In this document: piece after piece, positions 40,717 to 49,714 of the stretch
How positions within the stretch are numbered: position 1 is the first letter of the stretch
Layout of the letters: the number at the start of each line of letters is the position of its first letter
DNA from: a candidate division FCPU426 bacterium
GTDB taxonomy: Bacteria; Oederibacteriota; Muellerivitia; Muellerivitales; Muellerivitaceae
NCBI GenBank assembly: GCA_963796105.1
Contig: CAWCKJ010000009.1
Coordinates: 66,950-130,949, forward strand
Length of the DNA: 64,000 nt
Direction of reading: 5' to 3'
Translations under genes and position numbers: made by a program
Notes under the pieces: model-generated
Seen by the model: the letters and a program-made list of their open reading frames with translations, nothing else
Database searches by the model: none
What the model was told of the DNA's origin: nothing

Positions 40717-41043
40717 CTATTTATTACGGCGGGCGAGGACGGAAAATTGATAAAAATATTTTCTAAGATCCGGGGATGCCGGTTCGGGTTCAAGAAGGCG
40801 GCAGGTTTCTTCCCTTAATCGCGCCATTTCCTTGAGTCGGTGTCTCCATCGCGGGTCCGCGAGGGTCAAGTCCAAAAGTTCCAACATCCGGTCAAAAGCT
40901 TTTTGCGATTGGTTCGGGTTATTTTTATTTTTCCAGTTCAAGGCCCGTTCGTACTCGCTTCCCACGTTTCCCAATTGCTCCGGAAGCGTCAACGTGAACC
41001 AACGGCCCGAGGATAAACCCGGATGTGAGGTTTCTGCGGTCAT
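40717..41043 (-). CDS. Hypothetical small helical protein
   Basis: RWFTLTLPEQLGNVGSEYERA...RMLELLDLTLADPRW...E..RLRE; start overlaps the stop of the upstream gene (ATGA). Confidence 0.75.
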   Translation of the reverse strand: MTAETSHPGLSSGRWFTLTLPEQLGNVGSEYERALNWKNKNNPNQSQKAFDRMLELLDLTLADPRWRHRLKEMARLREETCRLLEPEPASPDLRKYFYQFSVLARRNK

Positions 41044-41387
41044 GGCACTAGTTTCCTTACGATCGTCTCGATTTTCCCCCGGATGGCAGGGTCTTCCACG
41101 CCTCGGGATCGGTTGTTTTGGCTGGGCCGGATATTGATCATGGAATCGAACTCAAGGAAATCGGCCCCACCCATATCCGGATAAAGATTGATGCCCCAGA
41201 GATTCCGCTGTTGCGAACCGTTTTCCAATAAAAAGGCCTCTTCGTCGGCGTGCAATTCCCCGCCGAGGGCCATAATTTCTTTTTCAACATCCACTACCCC
41301 TTTGACCATATCGCCAAATCGCTTTTCCGCTATTTCTTTCAGGCGTTGGAACGTAATAGGAACAGTTATCAGTTCAATGTTATCCAT
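41040..41387 (-). CDS. DUF5674-like protein
   Basis: MVKGVVDVE, GGELHADEE, GSQQRNLWGINLYP, EFDSMINIRPSQNNRSRGVED. Confidence 0.8.
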   Translation of the reverse strand: MDNIELITVPITFQRLKEIAEKRFGDMVKGVVDVEKEIMALGGELHADEEAFLLENGSQQRNLWGINLYPDMGGADFLEFDSMINIRPSQNNRSRGVEDPAIRGKIETIVRKLVP

Positions 41388-41450
41388 AAACGCGAATTAT
41401 AACATCCTTTCCTAAAAATCAGGGTTAGGTTCCATTCTTAATTTCCGCGA

Positions 41451-41571
41451 CGGGTCCCCTTTCTCCCTGCGCTCTTGGAGCTTCCACCTTCGCCCTAAAG
41501 GGCTATTGCGGACAGGTCAGCATGTCACCCATAGCCCTTTAGGGCGAAGGGTGAGAGACAGGTCGTGGACA
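41451..41571. repeat. Nested palindromic REP-like element, copy 2 of a direct-repeat pair
   Basis: Perfect 20-bp inverted repeat CCTTCGCCCTAAAGGGCTAT / ATAGCCCTTTAGGGCGAAGG; same orientation as 40574..40692. Confidence 0.9.
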
Positions 41572-41741
41572 AACTCAATAATCACAATTTAACCAACCTT
41601 TTTGAATTATTTTTATTTTAATCTTTTGCCTGAATTCTGGGAAAAATCTCCGAGTGCAAAAAAGGGCGGGGTATAAAAAAAGAGCCCACGCAGTAGGGCT
41701 AAAATGGAATAACAAAGCACCATCATGAAAATTCGGGCGGG

Positions 41742-42848
41742 TTAATGATTCCGCTGAATGACCCCTCCGCCCGCGACCTTATCCCCGTCGTAAAAAACAG
41801 CAGATTGGCCTGGGGTCACGGCCCTGGCAGGCTCCTGGAGAACCACTTTGACGAGCTGGCCGCCCTCCGGGTATAAGACAGCGGGTTGGGATGGGGACCG
41901 GTAGCGGATCTTGACCTGGATTTCCCTCGGCTCCGAAAGCCCCTCCCAGGACACCCAATTCAACTCACCCACCCGGAATTCCCGGGACAAGATATCCTCA
42001 TCCCTGCCCACCGTGACGGTGGCGGTCTGGGGGTCCAAACCCGCCACGAAATAAGGCCCTCCCGACAAGGCCAATCCCTTCCTCTGGCCGATGGTATAAC
42101 CGGCGATTCCCTCATGGCGGCCTAGGATTTTTCCTTCCGGGTCCACGATATTGCCTGGGACGAAAGCCCGGGGGCGGTGCTGTTTCACGAAATCCTTGTA
42201 ACTCCCCTGGGTCACGAAACAAATTTCCATGCTCTCGGGTTTTTCGGAAGTATTGAGCCCCATACGACGGGCCTCGATCCTGACCTGTTCTTTTTTATAT
42301 TCCCCCAGGGGGAAAAGGAGCCTGGAGAGGATTTTTTGGCTGAGTTTATAGAGGACGTAACTTTGGTCCTTGTCCGGATCGGCGGCTTTTTTGAGGACCC
42401 AGCGGCCCGTGGCGGAATCCTGCTCCACGCCCGCGTAATGCCCGGTCGCGAGTTTTTCGCATCCCAGCGCGAGGGCCTGCTGGAGCAAAAGGGGCAGTTT
42501 GGCGAAGCGGTTGCATTCCACGCAGGGGTTCGGGGTCAGACCCTGCTCATACTCGTCGAGGAAACGGTCCACGACCCTGGATTTGAAAACATCCAGCCCG
42601 TCGCTCACGTAATGCGGGGCTCCCAGCCTCAAGGCCACGTCCCTGGCGTCCTGGATATCCTGGACCGAGCAGCAGCGCTGTCCATTGGGCTCGGCCGTCC
42701 TCACGCTGACGGCTCCGTTCTCTCCAGGGGTGATCTCGCAGGGAAGGATCTTCAGGGTAAGGCCCACCACCTCATGGCCCTGTTCTTTCAGCAGGCCCAA
42801 GGCCGCAGAGGAATCCACCCCCCCGCTCATCGCGACACCGATCTTCAT
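41742..42848 (-). CDS. mnmA: tRNA-specific 2-thiouridylase
   Basis: AMSGGVDSS, TPNPCVECN, ATGHYA, KDQSYVL, ESMEICF, YTIGQRKGL, TPGQSAVFY. Confidence 0.97.
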   Translation of the reverse strand: MKIGVAMSGGVDSSAALGLLKEQGHEVVGLTLKILPCEITPGENGAVSVRTAEPNGQRCCSVQDIQDARDVALRLGAPHYVSDGLDVFKSRVVDRFLDEYEQGLTPNPCVECNRFAKLPLLLQQALALGCEKLATGHYAGVEQDSATGRWVLKKAADPDKDQSYVLYKLSQKILSRLLFPLGEYKKEQVRIEARRMGLNTSEKPESMEICFVTQGSYKDFVKQHRPRAFVPGNIVDPEGKILGRHEGIAGYTIGQRKGLALSGGPYFVAGLDPQTATVTVGRDEDILSREFRVGELNWVSWEGLSEPREIQVKIRYRSPSQPAVLYPEGGQLVKVVLQEPARAVTPGQSAVFYDGDKVAGGGVIQRNH

Positions 42849-42870
42849 TTCAAACCCCTAAACGAAACCC

Positions 42871-42992
42871 TTAAAATCACTTTTCTCCTTCTCCCTGGAG
42901 GGGAGAAGGTTGGGATGAGGGTGGAAATGCGTTGATTTAATACCCCTCACCCTGCCTCTCCCTCAAGGGGCGAGGAGCAAGATGAATTTTAA
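42871..42992. repeat. Inverted doublet of REP-like palindromes (CTCCC..GGGAG type)
   Basis: CCTTCTCCC-TGGAG-GGGAGAAGG-TTGGGATGAGGG faces CCCTCACCCT-GCCTCTCCC-TCAAGGGGCGAGGAG. Confidence 0.7.
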
Positions 42993-43358
42993 AAGTTCCC
43001 TAAATTTTGTTTCCGTTCATGGGATGTTATTCTTTTTGGTGAATCGATATCAAGCGGGATATGTGGAAGGGATAATTGTTTTTCCGAAAAAGGAGGGGTA
43101 TTAGTTGTTGTGTAACAAACACCCAAAGGGCTAACTTCCCCTCAATCCCCCTCTTTCATACTGTTGCTCATATAAAATTTAAAAAAATGAGAACAGCATA
43201 GTGCTTTAGCACAGAGGGGGAAGATTAAAAAATCAATAGACCGCAGGTGCTTTGTATATAGGCATATGATTTTGAGATTGGTTCTAGTTGATTCCTTGCC
43301 GAGTACTCTGTGGTTCTGAAAGAACCTGTGGTGGATTCGCGCTTTTTATAACAGGCGG

Positions 43359-44528
43359 TTACTTTTTCGCCAATTCCCGCAAAGCCTTCAATGCCTTCTC
43401 GATTTCCTTCTCGGTATTGTAATACCCAAAGCTGAAGCGCACAGTCCCGATGGGATAGGTCCCGATGGTCCGATGGGCCAAGGGAGCGCAATGCAAACCA
43501 ACCCTGGTCATGATGGAGAATTTCTCGTCCAACTCGTATCCCACTTCGGAGGGATCCTTTCCCTCTACATTGAGGGAAACCACGGAGATTCTTTCCTTGC
43601 CGGTTCCCGCCGGCAGGCCGTAAATCTTGACGCCCTTGATTTGCTCCGCCCCCGCCAGGAATTGGGTGGTCAAAGCCTCCTCTTTTTTCCGGACGCTTTC
43701 GACCCCTGATTTCAGGAGGAATTCCACGGACGCCTTGAGGCCCGCCAATCCCCAGTAATTCTGTGTTCCGCTCTCGAACTTGTCGGGCCATTGCGAGGGT
43801 TGTTCCTCCTTGTCGCTGTTGGACCCGGTCCCGCCCTCCAGGAAGGAATCCAGGTTCAATTGGGGCGACACCACCAGCCCTCCCGTCCCCGTGGGACCCA
43901 TCAACCCCTTATGCCCGGTGAAAGCGAGAAAATCGATGTGCAGGTCTTTCACCGAGATTGGGACTGACCCGGCTGTTTGGGCGGCGTCCACCAGGAACGC
44001 GATACCCTTCCGGGAGCAAAGGGCCCCCACTTCCTCCACGGGACTCAAATTGCCGGTGACATTGGAGGCGTGAACAAGGCAGACCATCCTGGTATTAGGT
44101 TTTATGGCCTTCTCGAAATCATAGGGGTTCAAGCGCCCCTGGCTGTTGGCGGGAACCAGGCTGTACTCGAGTCCCAGGACCGCCTTGAGCTTGTTCAAGG
44201 GCCGGATGACCGCGTTATGTTCCAGGCTGGAGAGCACGACGTGGTCCCCTTTTTTCAGGAAACCCTTCAAAGCCGTGTTCAGGGCCTCGGTCACGTTCTT
44301 CATAAACAGAATCCGGTCCATCCTCTGGATGTTGAAAAGTTTCGAGAGGGCCAAGCGGGTCTGGAATACCAGCTCATTGGCCTCGATCCCCTTGCGGTAG
44401 GCTCCCCGCCCGTGGGACACGCCGACCTCCGTGGCGAATTGAGTCAAAGCCTTCAATACCTGGGGCGGCTTCTGGCGGGTTGTCGCCGCGCAGTCGAGAT
44501 AGATTCCCTTTGTTTTTTTCTTTTTCAT
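43359..44528 (-). CDS. Cysteine desulfurase family (class V aminotransferase)
   Basis: IYLDCAATT, LEHNAV, HASNVTG, DAAQTAG, FTGHKGLMGP (PLP Lys), RVGLHCAP (catalytic Cys); upstream of mnmA. Confidence 0.92.
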   Translation of the reverse strand: MKKKKTKGIYLDCAATTRQKPPQVLKALTQFATEVGVSHGRGAYRKGIEANELVFQTRLALSKLFNIQRMDRILFMKNVTEALNTALKGFLKKGDHVVLSSLEHNAVIRPLNKLKAVLGLEYSLVPANSQGRLNPYDFEKAIKPNTRMVCLVHASNVTGNLSPVEEVGALCSRKGIAFLVDAAQTAGSVPISVKDLHIDFLAFTGHKGLMGPTGTGGLVVSPQLNLDSFLEGGTGSNSDKEEQPSQWPDKFESGTQNYWGLAGLKASVEFLLKSGVESVRKKEEALTTQFLAGAEQIKGVKIYGLPAGTGKERISVVSLNVEGKDPSEVGYELDEKFSIMTRVGLHCAPLAHRTIGTYPIGTVRFSFGYYNTEKEIEKALKALRELAKK

Positions 44529-44596
44529 GGTTTTCCCCTCTTCCCAACCCCGGATTTTAACACAGGGCCGGTTCCGATATTCCACCAGGCATGGAG

Positions 44597-44840
44597 CCCC
44601 ACGGGCAAGCCAGTGGTACCTAATTCAACCCACCTGCGCTATCTGCCTATGCTATCTCCCTTCGCTAAAGCTTCGGTAGACGGGCAGCTTCGGTAGATGG
44701 ACAGCTTCGGTGGGTATCCGCCGACAAGACGCACGCGGAATCCGCCGGAGCCCTTCCTCCGGCCATTCAACCCCGGCTAAAGCTATGACCTGTCCTCCGC
44801 GGCTTCAGCGAGGGAGGGTGTTCTGGCGAAGGCGGATAAA
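44597..44840. repeat. Composite of nested palindromic elements
   Basis: CCCCACGGGCAAGCCAGTGG hairpin, triple-nested CCT(T)CGCT..AGCTTCGG structure (44628..44715), CCCCGGCTAAAGC, CCTGTCCTCCGCGGCTTCAGCGAGGGAGG, ending CTGGCGAAGGCGGATAAA. Confidence 0.7.
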
Positions 44841-44867
44841 AAAAGGGGCGCCTTTTCGCGCCCCTTT
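44838..44867 (-). terminator. Rho-independent terminator after bactofilin gene
   Basis: AAAGGGGCGC-CTTTTC-GCGCCCCTTT stem with an A run on + (U tail on -). Confidence 0.8.
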
Positions 44868-44889
44868 CATGGATTCTTTTTTGAAACAC

Positions 44890-45282
44890 CTACTCCTTGG
44901 ATGCTTTGGGCAGTTCCAACACCTTGCCGCCTTCCTCCATCTTGCAGTTTCCCTCGAAAATCGCGCCGTCGTCGATCACCAGGATGGGCGTGGTCACGTC
45001 CCCCTCGATTTGGGCGGTGCTCTGGAGCTCTAGCCTCTGGTAAGCGGTGACATTGCCCTTCACCTTCCCGCCGACGAAAATGGCTTTCCCGGTCACGCTG
45101 CCCCGGATCATTCCCTTCTCCCCGACGATAATCCCGTCCTCGCTGGTGACATTGCCGTAGATTTCCCCGTCCACCCGGAGCGAATTCTTGGAGTGGTAGC
45201 TGCCCCGCAAGGAAGTGTCGTGGCCGATGATGGTCACCACGCCCCCCATGGATTTTCCCCCGCCAAAACCGAATAAGCCCAT
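44890..45282 (-). CDS. Bactofilin (polymer-forming cytoskeletal protein)
   Basis: TIIG, LRVDGEIYGNV, GKVKGNV, IEGDVTT..LVIDDGAIFEGNCKM; downstream of an M23 gene. Confidence 0.93.
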   Translation of the reverse strand: MGLFGFGGGKSMGGVVTIIGHDTSLRGSYHSKNSLRVDGEIYGNVTSEDGIIVGEKGMIRGSVTGKAIFVGGKVKGNVTAYQRLELQSTAQIEGDVTTPILVIDDGAIFEGNCKMEEGGKVLELPKASKE

Positions 45283-45298
45283 TTAAAAAGTCCTTTCC

Positions 45299-46216
45299 TC
45301 AATCGTCCTGGGGAAGATATTTTTCCGGATTGACCGGAATGCCGTGGATCCGGACCTCGTAATGGCAATGGCTTCCGGTGGACCTTCCGGAGGATCCCAC
45401 GTAACCGATGACCTGCCCCCTTTTCACCTCGTCCCCCACATGGATCTCCAGGCGGGAGCAATGGCCGTATCTCGTGCTGTAGCCGTAGCCGTGCTCGATG
45501 GCCACCAGGCGGCCGTATCCCGTTTCCCAGCCGGCGTAGGTCACGATCCCGTCGGCTGTGGCGCGGATGGGCGTCCCAATCTCGTTGGCGATGTCCACTC
45601 CCATGTGCCTGCCCGGCTCGCCCGTCAAGGGAGAGGCGCGCGCCCCGAATCCCGAGGTGATCCATCCTTTGATGGGCCAAATGGAGGGGGTGGCGGCCAG
45701 GATGGACCTCTGCTTGTCCAGGAAAACGCTGATTTCCTTGAAGCTGGCTTCCTGGAGGGCGGCCTGCTGGTGGGTGTCCTTCAAGGTGGCGTCGATTTTT
45801 CCCATGAGCTGGTCGTTCTTTTCCTGGAGGATTTGGGAAAACCGTGTCGTGTCCTCCTCGGTCGGGCCTCCCATGCCGTTATAGACCAGGACCTGTTTGC
45901 GGTCCCCCAGTTTTAAAAGCCTCCGGAACTGGTCATCCACCCGTGACATCCGGGAAAGAAGGACGCGGTTGTTTTCCAACTCGTCCAGGATTTCCTTCAT
46001 GTTGGTTTTGAAACGCTCCTGGGTTTTCTGGGCCAAATGGTAATCCACATCCTTGTGGACAATCAAACCGGACCAGAGGAGGATGCCCGCCAATAACAAA
46101 ACCAATGTGTAAACGGTGTATAAATTGGTCTTGATTTGAAAGGGTTTCCCCCCATCATGCGGGATGAGCATGAGGGTGATTTTCTTTTTGAAATGGGAAT
46201 GAAAGTGGTGGGTCAT
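45299..46216 (-). CDS. M23 family peptidoglycan metallopeptidase
   Basis: TM anchor, coiled coil, TPSIWP, HMGVDIA (HxxxD), YGH, STGSHCHYEVR (HxH). Confidence 0.93.
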   Translation of the reverse strand: MTHHFHSHFKKKITLMLIPHDGGKPFQIKTNLYTVYTLVLLLAGILLWSGLIVHKDVDYHLAQKTQERFKTNMKEILDELENNRVLLSRMSRVDDQFRRLLKLGDRKQVLVYNGMGGPTEEDTTRFSQILQEKNDQLMGKIDATLKDTHQQAALQEASFKEISVFLDKQRSILAATPSIWPIKGWITSGFGARASPLTGEPGRHMGVDIANEIGTPIRATADGIVTYAGWETGYGRLVAIEHGYGYSTRYGHCSRLEIHVGDEVKRGQVIGYVGSSGRSTGSHCHYEVRIHGIPVNPEKYLPQDD

Positions 46217-46326
46217 GATCCTTTACCGAAGGAGTTGATGGGTATTTCCCTTACCTTTTTAACATAAGAGCCGGGACAATAGGTGTCAATTGATATAAGG
46301 CATTCTGAAGTTAAAGGTTGCCAATC

Positions 46327-47064
46327 TCATCCGTCAATGCGTTCCCCCTCCGAACGCATGAAATTAAGCGTTTTTTCAAACACTTCCCCGCGGTCAAAAT
46401 CCAGGGTAACCACATGGTCGGACCTGTCCAGGTAAAGGAGATGTTTCCTGGTGGAACCCAACCGCTGGTAGATAAGATTACCGTTGCCGGGGGGAACCAT
46501 GGAATCCTTGCGCCCCTGGATGACCAGCGCCGGCGCCTGGATCAAGGGCAAATCTTTCCAAACGGAGTCCATCAATTTCTTGAGCTCATAAAGGCTGGCG
46601 GTGTGGACCTGGGGATAAGTTAAATGGGTGACTTCGGGGTCCAGGACCCCGCCGGTCAGCTGGGAGGTCCTCCACTGCAGGAAGCGGAAAAAGGCGATTC
46701 CCTTGAAACGAAAATCGGGGATTTGAACTGGAGCCGCCATGGAAATCAGGCCAGAGACAGGATAGTGAGCGGCCAGGTGGAGGGCCAAGACCCCACCCAT
46801 GGAAAGTCCGGCGACATAGACCTTCGGACAGCGCTGTCCCAGGGTTTCCAAGGCCTCCCGGGAGCTTTCCATCCAATCCCGCCAACCTGTTTTCGCCAAA
46901 TCCCGGGGATGGGTCCCGTGGCCTGGAAGCCAGGGCCCCAAGACTCCGAATCCCCTTTGGGCCAGGTAATCCCCCAGGGGTTTCACCTCATCCGGGGTTC
47001 CGCTCAAGCCGTGTAATAGGAGGATTCCGACCTGTCCGCCATTCGCCTCAAAGCCGGTTTTCAT
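46327..47064 (-). CDS. Alpha/beta-hydrolase carboxylesterase/lipase
   Basis: LLHGLSG, LPGHG, GLSMGG nucleophile elbow, D..VP, SDH. Confidence 0.9.
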   Translation of the reverse strand: MKTGFEANGGQVGILLLHGLSGTPDEVKPLGDYLAQRGFGVLGPWLPGHGTHPRDLAKTGWRDWMESSREALETLGQRCPKVYVAGLSMGGVLALHLAAHYPVSGLISMAAPVQIPDFRFKGIAFFRFLQWRTSQLTGGVLDPEVTHLTYPQVHTASLYELKKLMDSVWKDLPLIQAPALVIQGRKDSMVPPGNGNLIYQRLGSTRKHLLYLDRSDHVVTLDFDRGEVFEKTLNFMRSEGERIDG

Positions 47065-47078
47065 GGTGGAAATTTCCC

Positions 47079-47669
47079 TTATTGGGCCGGGGGGAAATCT
47101 TTTTCCAATTGCTGGAGGGTATAAAGGATTTCATCGTCCTCGGGACGGTCGGTCGCGTATTTCCCCACGTACTTGTATCGGATGGCCCTGTTGGGATCGA
47201 TGATGATGACCGCGGGATGGGCGATATCCTTGCCCTCATGCCCCTCGGGATGCCGCGCGCCGTAGGCGTCGATCAAACGGAGCCGGGGATCCGACAGCAA
47301 GGGGAACGGGAAACGCCATTGTTGGTTGAAATGGTTGCTGTCCTCCACGCTGTCCGTGCTGACCCCCACGACCGCCGCGTGGAGGGCGGTGAATTTTGGA
47401 TAATCCTGTTTTAAGTTCAACAATTGGTTGAGGCAGGCAGAGCACCAGTAACCCCGGTAAAAAAACAGGACGAGGTACCAGCCCTGTTTCGCGTTCGCCA
47501 GGGTCACGGTGCGGCCTTCCGAGTCCAAAAGGGAAAAATCCCCGGCTTTGTCGCCCGGTTGAAGCCCGCCTGGTTTGGGAGGGGCCTGGTTAGGGGTGCC
47601 GCAGCCGGAAGCCATGAACAAGGCGGTGCTCAGTAAAATCGCGGTCCATATCGATGTTTTTTTGGCCAT
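47079..47669 (-). CDS. Peroxiredoxin-like (AhpC/TSA) lipoprotein
   Basis: Lipobox ASGC, FYRGYWCSAC, FPLLSDP. Confidence 0.85.
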   Translation of the reverse strand: MAKKTSIWTAILLSTALFMASGCGTPNQAPPKPGGLQPGDKAGDFSLLDSEGRTVTLANAKQGWYLVLFFYRGYWCSACLNQLLNLKQDYPKFTALHAAVVGVSTDSVEDSNHFNQQWRFPFPLLSDPRLRLIDAYGARHPEGHEGKDIAHPAVIIIDPNRAIRYKYVGKYATDRPEDDEILYTLQQLEKDFPPAQ

Positions 47670-47713
47670 GAAGATTTTTTCGCCTCATTTATTCCGGCTG
47701 GAAGCTTTAATTT

Positions 47714-47996
47714 GAAACCTCTGAAAAACTATCAAAAAGCGACCAACAGAGGTTTCGACCCCATGCCGATTTCTATTGAAGCCTAAAAGAGATCGGCATA
47801 GTCCTGAATTCCATCGCGTTAAAACGCGATGGAGGACAAAGATGTCCGCGCCATTTTTCCATATAAGTCTCATAAAGGCAAAATGGCATGCCCAGTTATC
47901 CTTACCAGATTTCTAACCAGACTGGGCAGGAAATCGTGGGGTTTCCATAAATGTTTTTCTGAAAAGGCGGCGATAGCCGACTTTTTCAGAGGTTAC
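47714..47996. mobile_element. MITE-like element, long copy with multi-hairpin interior
   Basis: Terminal IRs GAAACCTCTGAAAAA / TTTTTCAGAGGTTAC flanked by AATTT on both sides; homologous to 15909..16039. Confidence 0.75.
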
Positions 47997-48130
47997 AATT
48001 TATCATTTTACTCCGGCGTTATACTATCCTTCCTTAAATATTTAATTAATCCATTGATTTATTCGAACTGGAATTTGTAAATTTCCTTCATAACCGGGAA
48101 GAGCCGTTCCGGCTGTTGAAATGAGACTAT

Positions 48131-49057
48131 ATGGAAATTTATTGCGCCGAAAGCCAATCGCAAGTGGCGGATGACCCGCTGCTCAAGCGTAACGAGTCTA
48201 AAACCTTGCGCGTGGTCCTCCTGACCTCCGCCATGATGGCGGTGGAAATCACCGCGGGAATATTGACGGGCTCCATGGCCCTTCTGGCGGACGGCTGGCA
48301 CATGGCCTCCCACGCGGCGGCGCTAGGGATCGCCTTTACCGCCTACCGTCTGGCCCGCGACCCCGCCCTCAGCCAGAAATTTTCCTTCGGGGCCGGAAAA
48401 CTCATTCCGCTGGGAGGCTATACCAGCGCGGTCGTTTTGACCATGATAGCAATCCTGATGACCACGGAATCGGTGCGAAGGCTTCTTCACCCGGTTTCCA
48501 TCCAGTTTAACCAGGCCATTGCCGTGGCTTGCGCCGGTCTTTTAGTCAATATCATCAGCGCCCTGTTACTCGGCAGGGAGCATTCCGATGAAGATGACCA
48601 TAAAGAACAGCCGGATGGGCATGTGCATGACCTGAATCACCGAAGCGCCTTCATCCATGTCATCGCGGACGCCTTCACCTCGGTCCTGGCCATCTCGGCC
48701 CTGGTGTTGGGGAAGATTTTCCAACTGTCTTGGCTGGACGCCCTGGTAGGGATCATCGGCTCGGGGGTGATCCTGAGCTGGGCATACCAGCTGTGCCGTC
48801 AGACCGGATGGGAACTTCTGGACGGCCACTCCAAAAGGGTGGATCTCCTAAAGCTCCGGACCGCCATTGAGAATCAGGACGTGAAGATCCTGGATTTCCA
48901 CGTTTGGCGGATCGCCCCCAGGGCCGTGGCCTGTGAGCTGGTGGTATCCACTTCCGATCCCAAGGGCGGGGCCTATTACCGAGAACTATTGAGCCGGGAA
49001 TTTAATATCCAGCACGCCATCATCGAGGAAAACATCCCCGCTTCATCCATAAACTGA
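48131..49057 (+). CDS. CDF family cation efflux transporter (DmeF-like)
   Basis: SMALLADGWHMASH, His-rich loop, HVIADAFTS, FHVW. Confidence 0.9.
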   Translation: MEIYCAESQSQVADDPLLKRNESKTLRVVLLTSAMMAVEITAGILTGSMALLADGWHMASHAAALGIAFTAYRLARDPALSQKFSFGAGKLIPLGGYTSAVVLTMIAILMTTESVRRLLHPVSIQFNQAIAVACAGLLVNIISALLLGREHSDEDDHKEQPDGHVHDLNHRSAFIHVIADAFTSVLAISALVLGKIFQLSWLDALVGIIGSGVILSWAYQLCRQTGWELLDGHSKRVDLLKLRTAIENQDVKILDFHVWRIAPRAVACELVVSTSDPKGGAYYRELLSREFNIQHAIIEENIPASSIN

Positions 49058-49087
49058 GAAATGTTTCCGGAGGAAAAGCGAAAGAAA

Positions 49088-49669
49088 TTAACCGCCATTC
49101 GAAGTAGGGGTGAGCAGCTGATAATCCGACACCCAGGACATGTGAAGGAATCCCCTTCGAACCGTTAGGACCAACCTGGTTCCTATTCCTGCGGAGTAAT
49201 AATAAACCGGGGATATCAGCATTTCGCAATTCGCGCCGCTGTCGTCCCAATCCTGGAAATAAATCAAATGAGCCATGGGATTCGGCCCATCCTTGAAGCT
49301 CCCGCCGAATGAGGAGACTTTTTTATCCATCACCACTACCACCCTGGATTCGGGGTCGGAACTATCCAGCAGGCCGTTGGCCAGTTGGACGCTGAAGCGC
49401 AGGAAGAAGCCGAGTAAAAAACAAAAAACCAGGAAAAACGCCCAGACAGCGGGGGGAGGTAATTTTTCCTCGAGGGCGTTTCGAATCAATTTCCGCAATA
49501 TCAAATAGCCCAAACCCAATCCGGAAATTCCACAGGCCGAATTCACTATGATAAAGTCGGAACGCCTGATAAGCCTGTAGTAGATGCCGCAAAAATAATA
49601 CTCGGCGATCAAAACCGCCATAAAGACGATAAAAATTTTAAAAATGAGGTAAACACTTTTTAGTTTCAT
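49088..49669 (-). CDS. Hypothetical membrane protein
   Basis: Three TM helices plus a small beta-rich C-terminal domain. Confidence 0.65.
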   Translation of the reverse strand: MKLKSVYLIFKIFIVFMAVLIAEYYFCGIYYRLIRRSDFIIVNSACGISGLGLGYLILRKLIRNALEEKLPPPAVWAFFLVFCFLLGFFLRFSVQLANGLLDSSDPESRVVVVMDKKVSSFGGSFKDGPNPMAHLIYFQDWDDSGANCEMLISPVYYYSAGIGTRLVLTVRRGFLHMSWVSDYQLLTPTSNGG

Positions 49670-49714
49670 TTTAAGGAAATTCCAAAACTGAAGTTTTCGG
49701 ATCCTGCAATTAAC

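Noticed and set aside
40574..41571. Classical integron attC sites
   Set aside because: No RYYYAAC/GTTRRRY core sites at the repeat ends and no intI in the window.
42670..42745. Mobile insertion in mnmA (EITPGENGAVSVRTAEPNGQR)
   Set aside because: Falls in the normally variable loop before the CCS motif and lacks clear palindromes or repeats.
44669..44714. Mini-CRISPR from AGCTTCGG repeats
   Set aside because: 17-bp period with no spacers; explained as right arms of nested palindromes.
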